IMG/VR virus record: IMGVR_UViG_3300031953_000038
Coordinates: 1-43,025 of that record
Strand: one strand, 5' to 3'
DNA from: a virus
Lineage: Duplodnaviria > Caudoviricetes
Length of the DNA stretch: 43,025 nucleotides
Below the pieces are notes generated by a model. That model was given only the letters and a program-made list of their open reading frames with translations, had not been told where the DNA came from and searched no databases. Position 1 is the first letter of the stretch. Each line of letters begins with the position of its first letter. A program made the translations under genes and the position numbers. Positions 36,441 through 43,025 of this stretch are shown here, piece after piece.

Positions 36441-36817
36441 CCACACTAAAGTTCGCGATCCCCAACTCGAGTTGGCTCAGCTCTAACATGCGCTTCCGTC
36501 ACTGGACGCAGGAGCACAAGCGCAAGAAAGCATTGCGGACGATGGGCACCACCGAGGGCCGCAAATCCGGCCTCCGATTCGAGCGACCCGTTCGAGTGAT
36601 CGCCCACATCGGATACGCCACCAACGCGGTCGCGGACGCCGGGAATGCTGCACCTGCATTAAAAGCGTTAATCGATGGCATGACAATCGCGGGAGTTTGG
36701 CGAGACGACGACAGCAAGCACCTTATCGGCCCCGATTATCGCCGCGACGAAACCAAAGCGCCGAGGGGTTTTCACACCGTTCGATTAGAGATTGAGGAGG
36801 TGTCCACAGATGCGTAA
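36437..36817 (+). CDS. rusA: RusA-like Holliday junction resolvase
   Basis: WLSSN.R.HW, DAGN..PALKALIDG and W.DDD acidic motifs. Confidence 0.85.
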   Translation: MTTLKFAIPNSSWLSSNMRFRHWTQEHKRKKALRTMGTTEGRKSGLRFERPVRVIAHIGYATNAVADAGNAAPALKALIDGMTIAGVWRDDDSKHLIGPDYRRDETKAPRGFHTVRLEIEEVSTDA

Positions 36818-36932
36818 TTCACGTGATATTGGCGCCGTTATATGGGACAATAAGGGGACACATAAAAACGGCCCCAGCGTCATAGGTGCGGAAACACCTC
36901 TGCTGGGACCTAACCCCCACAAAGGAGGGGCT

Positions 36933-36989
36933 ATGCGAAATCATACCCGACCAAATCCCGAGCCGCGAGCCGATGCAGGTGACGCGTAA
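36933..36989 (+). CDS. 18-aa leader peptide coupled to the replication gene
   Basis: Strong RBS AAGGAGGGG; TAATG overlap with rep. Confidence 0.45.
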   Translation: MRNHTRPNPEPRADAGDA

Positions 36990-37978
36990 TGGCTAGGGCA
37001 TACGGGCGCATCGCGTCAACAATCTGGACAGACCCCGACTTCCTCGATCTCAACTCCGAGCCACAGCGGCTGTACCTATTCCTCCTCTCCCAGCCGGACC
37101 TATCACACGCCGGATTGCTCCCACTGCGGGAGCGTAGATGGGGCAAGAAAGTTAGCGGAGGATCGTCGCGCTCCATCATGGCTGCACTCGAAACGCTCGC
37201 AGATACACGGTTCGTTGTCGTCGATCAGGACACCGAAGAGGTGCTAATTCGGACGATGGTACGCAACGACGGCGTGTGGAGGCAGCCCAAGGTGATGATC
37301 AGAATGCGCGAAGATGCGCGACTAATCGAGTCTCCGCACCTCCGCGCCGCGTTCGCTGTCGAGCTCGACCGGCTCCCGCTCCACGAATTAAGCGACAATC
37401 CGGGCGGTGCGAATGGTGACCACCCATCTACCAGGCAGATCGTCGCGGAAATAGTGGAGAATCTTCGCGCAGATTTCGCCGCAGATACCCTATCGGAAGG
37501 GTATCGGGAAGGGTATCCGATACCCTCCACGCGCGCGCACGCACATTCCCCCTACCCCCTACCCCCTACCCCCAAAAGCCATAAGGCAACAGACAACAAC
37601 CTTGCTCAACCTGCGGTCGAGCGCAAGCCACCGCCATCACGCTTCGACGAGTTCTGGGCGCTGTACCCCCGCAAGGTAGGCAAAGCAAAAGCGGCCACGA
37701 AATATACGACTGCAACCAAACGCGCAAGTGAGCAAACCATCATCGACGGCGCACGTGACCTAGCCAACGACCCGAACCTTCCCGAGCCGAAGTTCGTGCC
37801 CCATCCGACGACATGGCTTGAGCGTGACGGCTGGGACGACGAACCCATGCCCGTCCAACAGTCCACCAACGTCGGGCCAAGCAAGTCACAGCAGCGCTTC
37901 ACCAACAAATGGCAGGGCATCGCGGCAAGGTCCAGCGAAGTAGACAATGGCAACCCCTTAGGAATCGAGGCATCGTGA
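36989..37978 (+). CDS. Replication initiator (RepA/O-like)
   Basis: I.S.IW.DPDF..L....QRLYLFLLSQPDL..AG N-domain, FDEFW..YPRKVGK and HP.TWL...GWDDE C-domain; internal iterons. Confidence 0.85.
   Translation: MARAYGRIASTIWTDPDFLDLNSEPQRLYLFLLSQPDLSHAGLLPLRERRWGKKVSGGSSRSIMAALETLADTRFVVVDQDTEEVLIRTMVRNDGVWRQPKVMIRMREDARLIESPHLRAAFAVELDRLPLHELSDNPGGANGDHPSTRQIVAEIVENLRADFAADTLSEGYREGYPIPSTRAHAHSPYPLPPTPKSHKATDNNLAQPAVERKPPPSRFDEFWALYPRKVGKAKAATKYTTATKRASEQTIIDGARDLANDPNLPEPKFVPHPTTWLERDGWDDEPMPVQQSTNVGPSKSQQRFTNKWQGIAARSSEVDNGNPLGIEAS
37484..37573. repeat. Putative replication origin: 4 GATACCCT/AGGGTATC iterons plus (CCCCCTA)3CCCCC
   Basis: Iterons at 37484, 37498, 37510 and 37519; C5 tracts at 37548, 37555, 37562 and 37569. 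Confidence 0.7.
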
Positions 37979-38361
37979 TCACGCTAAACGGAATGATCAA
38001 AGCGCTATTCGTTATGGAATCGTCCAAGGTGATCTCGATTAACGAGGAAGAGATCCCCGTGTGGATGGAAGTCATCGGCAGCGCACTCCCAATGGCTGAG
38101 GACGGCGAGCTCATGGAAGTCGCCAGGGCTCTATGCGAGCAGAGCGAGGATAAGCAGCAGTGGATCTCGACCCGCACCGTGCTGACCGAACTTCGCAAGG
38201 TCCGCGGTCGCAACATTCAGACGGCGGAACGATATGCCCGCCAGATTGAGCGCACCGGCACCAACGTCACGGACATCAACCTCAAGCAGATCATGGCCGA
38301 CACGTCGCGGGGCATGACACCCCAGGAGGTCGCATCGCGGGCACAGGAGCGGGCGCAATGA
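37975..38361 (+). CDS. Hypothetical protein (possible helicase loader/inhibitor)
   Basis: GTGA-coupled directly after rep; function inferred from position only. Confidence 0.55.
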   Translation: MITLNGMIKALFVMESSKVISINEEEIPVWMEVIGSALPMAEDGELMEVARALCEQSEDKQQWISTRTVLTELRKVRGRNIQTAERYARQIERTGTNVTDINLKQIMADTSRGMTPQEVASRAQERAQ

Positions 38362-38666
38362 CCGGACACGTTGAGTCCGTCGATTGCCCGTGCGGACCGA
38401 AGATCAACGCCAAGACCGGCGTGCCCAAGGTGATCGCCGGTCGCGAGGTCATCATGCACCGACCCATGACAACCGCCACCACAGTCAAGCGTCGCAAGAT
38501 CGCCGGAATGCCGATCGGCTGGATCGTCGTCGGTCGCGATCCGAGCTCTGACGTGATGACCGAGGCGCAACACAGGTCAGCGATCGAATCTCAGGAAGCC
38601 ACCGAACGAAGGCGGCAACTGGCAGCACGCAAAGAAACCATCCGACAGAAACGAGGAATGTCATGA
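38358..38666 (+). CDS. Hypothetical protein
   Basis: H....DCPCGP motif; coupled. Confidence 0.6.
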   Translation: MTGHVESVDCPCGPKINAKTGVPKVIAGREVIMHRPMTTATTVKRRKIAGMPIGWIVVGRDPSSDVMTEAQHRSAIESQEATERRRQLAARKETIRQKRGMS

Positions 38667-38851
38667 AGATCACAGTTTGGCGTTTAGCGCTCATGGAGCG
38701 ACTAGCCAAGTCCCACGGCGCAACCATCGTCTGGCCCGATGGCCGAATCACAGGCAATCAACCCTCAGGGTGGCAGGCGACCTGGACCCACGCTGAGTCG
38801 CCTTACGGACGCCGACCGGGCCGCTCGGTGGAACTGGAGTTTGAACTATGA
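38663..38851 (+). CDS. Hypothetical protein
   Basis: ATGA-coupled. Confidence 0.55.
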   Translation: MKITVWRLALMERLAKSHGATIVWPDGRITGNQPSGWQATWTHAESPYGRRPGRSVELEFEL

Positions 38852-39018
38852 GCACCATCAACCCAGCCGACCTGCCAGCCCTCGCCGCGTTCGCGCGGGA
38901 CGTGCTGGCGTTGGTGGGAAAGACCCCGCCGTGCCTCGCCTGCTTGCACCCCGAGTGCATGGTGCTTGGTGACATTGCCCAACTTGCCATCCACCACGGC
39001 ATCGAGGTGACGAAGTGA
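38848..39018 (+). CDS. Hypothetical protein (56 aa, MSTINPADLP...)
   Basis: RBS GGAG; fills the gap with ATGA/GTGA overlaps; not in ORF track. Confidence 0.55.
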   Translation: MSTINPADLPALAAFARDVLALVGKTPPCLACLHPECMVLGDIAQLAIHHGIEVTK

Positions 39019-39365
39019 AGCGCACCGACGAGATCCAGGGACGGCGTCTGCCAAACGTTGACGTGAGTGAGGGGGCAACCAACATCATTCCCCGCATGGA
39101 GCCTGGTGACTACGTGAAGGTCCTGAACTTCCCCGGCATCCCGCCAGCATCGAACCTCACGGGCACGACGTGGTACGTCAAGACGCCCAACGGGCTAAGC
39201 GGAAACCTGGGCAATCACACGGTCCGCGAGGAAGACGACGGGTCGATCAGCGTGAAGCCTGGTGACGGGTCGTCGAACAGCATCCTGGTCAACCATCGGA
39301 CGCCCGACGGCACGACCTCTTGGCATGGGTACATCACCCGTGGCCTGTGGTGGAGCCTCGCATGA
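39015..39365 (+). CDS. Hypothetical protein (DUF6527-like: H.V.E..DG.ISV..SIL...WHGYI..G.W)
   Basis: Recognisable motif pattern; coupled. Confidence 0.65.
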   Translation: MKRTDEIQGRRLPNVDVSEGATNIIPRMEPGDYVKVLNFPGIPPASNLTGTTWYVKTPNGLSGNLGNHTVREEDDGSISVKPGDGSSNSILVNHRTPDGTTSWHGYITRGLWWSLA

Positions 39366-39679
39366 CTAACCCACTCACCACCGAGGCCAAAAAGTTGTCA
39401 CCAGGTCGCATTCGGATGCTCGACCACTTGCTGACCACGGGTATGACGTTGAGCGCTACCGACGTCGCTGACCTACGCAAAGCACTCGCCGTATCCGAGA
39501 CTGCCAAAAAAGCCGTTCACGACATTATCGTTTGGCTCGATGCGGAGATTGAGTCCGGCGAGAGGTGCAAGGTCAACAAACAATGGCCGCGACGATACCG
39601 GCGTGAACAAGAGATACGCGCCAAGTCTGCGCTAGACATGAGATTCATGATTACAGCGCTTCACGGTGGTGAGTCGTGA
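39362..39679 (+). CDS. Hypothetical protein
   Basis: ATGA-coupled. Confidence 0.6.
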   Translation: MTNPLTTEAKKLSPGRIRMLDHLLTTGMTLSATDVADLRKALAVSETAKKAVHDIIVWLDAEIESGERCKVNKQWPRRYRREQEIRAKSALDMRFMITALHGGES

Positions 39680-39906
39680 GCAAGTGCCAAGGGTGCTACT
39701 TTCCGCTTCCAGACGATGTGCCGTTCGCCCAGCAATGCGGCAACTGCCCCCCTAAGCGATGCGCTGACTGTGGCGGCATGGACTCAATGAATTCTCCATG
39801 CAAGTGCTGGGTTTCAGTATCCGACATACCAATGGCCGACCTTAAGGGACTATTCGCCCGAGACGGCCTGAGCCTTACCCTCCCCCGAGAGGACCGGGAC
39901 TCATGA
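39676..39906 (+). CDS. Cys-rich hypothetical protein
   Basis: Three CxxC plus CxC in 76 aa. Confidence 0.6.
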   Translation: MSKCQGCYFPLPDDVPFAQQCGNCPPKRCADCGGMDSMNSPCKCWVSVSDIPMADLKGLFARDGLSLTLPREDRDS

Positions 39907-40277
39907 CCACCAAGGCACACGTCACGTTCAAGGGCGACGCAATCTGTGGCGCTGACCTCACTGGGAAAAGCCCCGATGGCCTGCCGTCATGCCAAGACTG
40001 CCTGGGCGTCATGTTCGACTGGCTCGTCGCACACGACATCGATACTGCGCACGCCGTGGCATTGGAGCGGGCCGCGTGGGTTGCTTGGCTAGTCGAGGTG
40101 GTTGCCTTCCCGTTTGACTTCACGTTCACCACCCCACCGCCAGTTGACCCCGACGAGGTGGCCGACTACTGGCGCACCTCGGACGGTTGGGACTGCACAC
40201 AGGACGAGGCCCGCGCAATGGTTCGCGGGGAAGGCTGGCCCATCGAGTCTGGCGCCCGTGACGGTGGTGAGTCATGA
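39903..40277 (+). CDS. Hypothetical protein
   Basis: RBS GAGGA; shares AHAVALERA with the 40402 ORF. Confidence 0.6.
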   Translation: MTTKAHVTFKGDAICGADLTGKSPDGLPSCQDCLGVMFDWLVAHDIDTAHAVALERAAWVAWLVEVVAFPFDFTFTTPPPVDPDEVADYWRTSDGWDCTQDEARAMVRGEGWPIESGARDGGES

Positions 40278-40405
40278 GTGGCTACATCGTCGCTAACCGC
40301 GAATCCATGACCTACGACGAAAAGCGCCTAGACGACCACATCGCCGACTACTGCCAGCGAGTGCTCGACGGGGCACATGACCAACCCGCTAAGGAGCACG
40401 CATGA
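40274..40405 (+). CDS. Hypothetical protein (43 aa)
   Basis: ATGA overlaps at both ends; not in ORF track. Confidence 0.5.
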   Translation: MSGYIVANRESMTYDEKRLDDHIADYCQRVLDGAHDQPAKEHA

Positions 40406-40746
40406 GCACTCAACTGCCGCACTGGTTCGCGGACATTGACGAGTCCGAAACCACGTCACACAAGTGGCAACCGTGCCTGGAAACATTCACGGGAATTCTT
40501 CCGTCGATCGAAATATGGTTCGCAAACGAGGCTAGCTGCGAGAAGTGGATCGCAGAAAACCTCGCCACGCCAACCGACGTAGCCCACGCGGTCGCATTGG
40601 AGCGGGCAACGATTGCGGATCTGGCTGAGGCGAAGGCCTGGTACGTCGACCTATTCGAGATGCGTGAGGCGGGCGATGCACTACACGCCCTAGCCCAGGC
40701 CATCAGAGACGGCGCGCACAACCAACCCGCTAAGGGAGACGAATGA
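40402..40746 (+). CDS. Hypothetical protein
   Basis: RBS AAGGAG; coupled. Confidence 0.6.
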   Translation: MSTQLPHWFADIDESETTSHKWQPCLETFTGILPSIEIWFANEASCEKWIAENLATPTDVAHAVALERATIADLAEAKAWYVDLFEMREAGDALHALAQAIRDGAHNQPAKGDE

Positions 40747-40892
40747 GCGCCCAACGACTGAGCGAGCCGCCCCACATGCCCCAAAAGCGAGCGGAAACGG
40801 CCACAGGGCGCGATAACAGCCCGTCAAGCCCCTGTGACCCATCTCACACCACCAACGGCACTCAGACGCCAGAACACGAGAGGGACGCATGA
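40743..40892 (+). CDS. Hypothetical protein (49 aa, low complexity)
   Basis: ATGA overlaps at both ends. Confidence 0.4.
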   Translation: MSAQRLSEPPHMPQKRAETATGRDNSPSSPCDPSHTTNGTQTPEHERDA

Positions 40893-41044
40893 AGATCCGC
40901 CTAGCGCTCAGCCTCGACATCCGCCGCGAACCACCAAAACCAGAACCCGACCGCGAGACCGACCTGTCCACCAGCACCGAACGATCCGCCGGGCAACCAC
41001 CCATCGGATTCCACGTCGCGCCACACCCTGAGGAGCGAGCATGA
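40889..41044 (+). CDS. Hypothetical protein (51 aa, MKIRLALSLDI...PIGF)
   Basis: ATGA overlaps at both ends; RBS GAGGG. Confidence 0.55.
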   Translation: MKIRLALSLDIRREPPKPEPDRETDLSTSTERSAGQPPIGFHVAPHPEERA

Positions 41045-41721
41045 ATGAGCAACGACCGGACGAACACGCCGCGGTAACCGCACAGCGACACCTGTCCGCG
41101 ATCGCCACGATGTTCCCGGACCTGATATACGGATTGGGGCGCAACGGCAACAGTGCGGCAGAGCGCGTGTCTGGATCCAAGGAGCGGCCCTTGCCCATCC
41201 GCGAGTCTGTGTCCGAGGCGCTGAGCGATGTGCACGCATTCGCGATGTACCTGGCCGACCGCGTTCACTGGGAGACGGGCGAGAACCTGTCTGTCCTGCT
41301 CGACGATGACATTTTCGCTACGGTGGCCCGCCGCTTTATCGGAGTGTTTGCGCCCCAGGATGATCGCGCCGGCCAAGACTTCGCGAAGGAGTGCGCGACG
41401 CTGGCGAGGCATGTGCGCTCAGTGGCCTACCCGTACGGAACTCGTGTGATCAACGTTCCGAACCGGGTAGACGAGGGCGCAAGTCGACGCGACCCCATGA
41501 AGTGCGCAGAGCCCGAGTGCGGCGGCAACTATCAGATGCGCATCGACCCAGACGGACGGTGGTTCATGAACATCGCGGATCCAGCGTCGTGGCCACCGCT
41601 GACGTGCAAAGCGGACAATCGCCACATCGTTACGGGTGTCGAGCTAGCAAGGGCCACCGCATGGGCGAGAATGAACGGGACGACGTGTCACGAGGAGTTG
41701 AAGGAGTGGAGGGCCGCGTAA
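41041..41721 (+). CDS. Putative late transcriptional regulator (Zn-binding)
   Basis: RBS GAGGAG; C...ECGG...C....H motif; penultimate early gene, the usual position of late activators. Confidence 0.55.
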   Translation: MNEQRPDEHAAVTAQRHLSAIATMFPDLIYGLGRNGNSAAERVSGSKERPLPIRESVSEALSDVHAFAMYLADRVHWETGENLSVLLDDDIFATVARRFIGVFAPQDDRAGQDFAKECATLARHVRSVAYPYGTRVINVPNRVDEGASRRDPMKCAEPECGGNYQMRIDPDGRWFMNIADPASWPPLTCKADNRHIVTGVELARATAWARMNGTTCHEELKEWRAA

Positions 41722-41784
41722 TGCTTGGGTGATCCGGTAGACTACGGCCGTGAAGTGCTGAGCCGTTAAACGCCGGAGGGTCGC

Positions 41785-42015
41785 GTGGTCTATCATCAGG
41801 GAATTCGCTACTGGACGACCGACGACCTCGCCGCATCACTCGTGTCGCGTGGGCTGATCTCAGGTGAGGGCAGGCACGAGTCGGTTCGCAAGGCCGTGAG
41901 GCGATGGGCTGCCGACGTAGACGTGAGGCCGGTGGCAAGGACCAAAAGCGGCGGATACCTATGGCCAGAGGACGCGCTGATCGAGGTGTTTGACATTGAG
42001 CCGTGTCTCGCCTAG
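41785..42015 (+). CDS. HTH DNA-binding protein
   Basis: TTDDLAA...SVRKAVRRWA....P.......YLW winged-HTH pattern; RBS GGAGG. Confidence 0.6.
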   Translation: MVYHQGIRYWTTDDLAASLVSRGLISGEGRHESVRKAVRRWAADVDVRPVARTKSGGYLWPEDALIEVFDIEPCLA

Positions 42016-42018
42016 ATT
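41990..42018 (+). promoter_or_regulatory. Strong SigA-type (late) promoter
   Basis: TTGACA-N17-TAGATT. Confidence 0.8.
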
Positions 42019-42042
42019 TCTAACGTAGGACATTTGTCCTCG

Positions 42043-42082
42043 AAGCCCCGCCAGCCAAGTGCTAGGCGGGTTTGTGCGTTTC
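42043..42082 (+). terminator. Promoter-proximal terminator
   Basis: CCCGCC-AGC-caagt-GCT-a-GGCGGG followed by TTTGTGCGTTT. Confidence 0.7.
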
Positions 42083-42089
42083 AGACCTG

Positions 42090-42480
42090 CTCACCTCGCC
42101 GCCAGGGAATGCCCAGACGGAGCGCACGAGGCAGCGGCACGACCTAGGCACGTCGCACAAACTGCCCCACCAACTTCCATGTGGCCTGCGTCCGGGGCCA
42201 CCGCTGATACGAGGCCGTTGAAATCGGCTCACCGGCGCGACTGGCCGAACGATATAGGGCCACATCTTCCCGCGTGTTGGCTCGACTCGCTACCGAGTGC
42301 CATGCGGATAAGGCTGGACGCTGAACCTGACACCGCCGATTCGCACTGGTAGCCCCAGCCGCGACGACCGGCTTAGGCGTCTAGTGCTCGTGGGCTATTC
42401 CGCGACGGGCCACATCTTCCCGCATCCACAACCCCTGCACCAAGGACACGAACCCGGCAGGTGAGCGCGTGGGCGGGGAC
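42090..42480 (+). ncRNA. Candidate structured RNA leader / ncRNA cluster
   Basis: No convincing CDS; 17-bp direct repeat GGGCCACATCTTCCCGC (42257, 42407); self-closing stems; T-loop-like GCCG-TTGAAAT-CGGC. Confidence 0.4.
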
Positions 42481-42497
42481 TAACCAAGGGAGCCGCC

Positions 42498-42611
42498 ATG
42501 TGTCAACGATGCGAAGACGGCGACTGCACCACCTGTACGTGCAAGCCCGGTGCATGCGTGCTGGTCAGCGAGCACGACGACTGGGTGGCACAACAGGGTG
42601 AGACGGACTGA
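42498..42611 (+). CDS. 37-aa Cys-rich microprotein (MCQRCEDGDCTTCTC...)
   Basis: RBS AAGGGAG; TGATG overlap with HNH; motif shared with the 34135 ORF. Confidence 0.6.
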   Translation: MCQRCEDGDCTTCTCKPGACVLVSEHDDWVAQQGETD

Positions 42612-42961
42612 TGGGTGCCAGTCGCACATGCCCGAAGCCAGGCTGCCCAGCCATCATCAGAGCCGGTGAGCGCTACTGCCCCGAACACCTGGCCGAGTAC
42701 GAAGCCATGCGAGGCACCACTGCACAGCGCGGGTATGGGGCTAGGCACCAGGCATTGCGTCGGTCATGGCAAGCACGAATCAACCGAGGCGAGATCGTGC
42801 GATGTGCAAGCTGTGAACAACGCATCACTGGCACCTCATGGCACCTTGGCCACACCCCTGACCGCACCACCTACCGCGGTCCTGAGCACGTGAGCTGCAA
42901 CACCAGCGAGGGCGGGACTCGAGGAGCCATCGAGGGCAACCGAAGGGCGACCGAAAGGTAA
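42611..42961 (+). CDS. Terminal packaging-associated HNH endonuclease
   Basis: CPKPGCP...YCPEH, RGYG..H, C..C and WHLGH...GPEH.SCN motifs; last gene before cos/terS. Confidence 0.88.
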   Translation: MGASRTCPKPGCPAIIRAGERYCPEHLAEYEAMRGTTAQRGYGARHQALRRSWQARINRGEIVRCASCEQRITGTSWHLGHTPDRTTYRGPEHVSCNTSEGGTRGAIEGNRRATER

Positions 42962-43025
42962 AGCCCAAAGTAAAGGTTTTGTCAAGGGGTGGGGGGTAGG
43001 GGCCATATAGGGCGCGTCACGTGAC

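Larger units (their letters stand above)
1..43025. mobile_element. Complete or near-complete temperate actinobacteriophage genome (siphovirus-type, cos/HNH packaging)
   Basis: Full set of packaging, head, tail, lysis, integration, immunity, recombination and replication modules. Starts just before terS and ends just after the terminal HNH; no host genes. Confidence 0.95.

Noticed and set aside
36792-36989. 65-aa ORF spanning the rep leader
   Set aside because: Runs through a structured, promoter-like region; only its last 18 codons follow a strong RBS.
42195-42290. Hammerhead, pistol or HDV ribozyme (CTGATACGAG...GAAA; TAGGGCCAC)
   Set aside because: Core spacing and the required pseudoknots could not be built by eye; needs an Infernal scan.
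42160-42430. CRISPR-like mini-array from the 17-bp repeat
   Set aside because: Only two exact copies, spacers of about 75 and 133 bp, no cas genes; better explained as RNA-domain linkers.

Overview
The window looks like one essentially complete linear genome of a temperate, long-tailed (siphovirus-type) actinobacteriophage with high GC. It has WhiB, a D,D-peptidase endolysin and no lysin B, which suggests a non-mycolic host. The gene order is canonical: terS-terL-portal-head-neck-tail (with a -1 frameshifted tail chaperone)-TMP-minor tails/fibres-lysis (1-22.5 kb); attP (3' end of tRNA-Leu), tyrosine integrase, ImmA/IrrE-type protease, repressor and divergent cro/xis (22.5-25.5 kb); a long rightward early operon with AAA-ATPase, RecE/RecT, two HNH nucleases, WhiB, methyltransferase, ASCH, RusA, a replication initiator and many tiny ORFs (25.5-42 kb); then a late promoter/terminator, a structured non-coding leader and the packaging HNH at the cos end. 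The most notable observations are: (1) a candidate LexA-independent induction switch, made of a PafBC/RecA-NDp-type promoter driving the ImmA protease and a cryptic ssrA-like YALAA degron inside the repressor; (2) a 29-aa SSB reduced to its C-terminal tail; (3) a lambda pR'/tR'-like late control region followed by a repeat-punctuated structured RNA; (4) an antisense, self-promoted membrane moron in the tail operon; (5) two paralogous CxxCExGDCxxC Cys-rich microproteins; (6) a perfect G-quadruplex beside iterons in the rep gene. All functional calls come from motif recognition and synteny only; no database searches were run.
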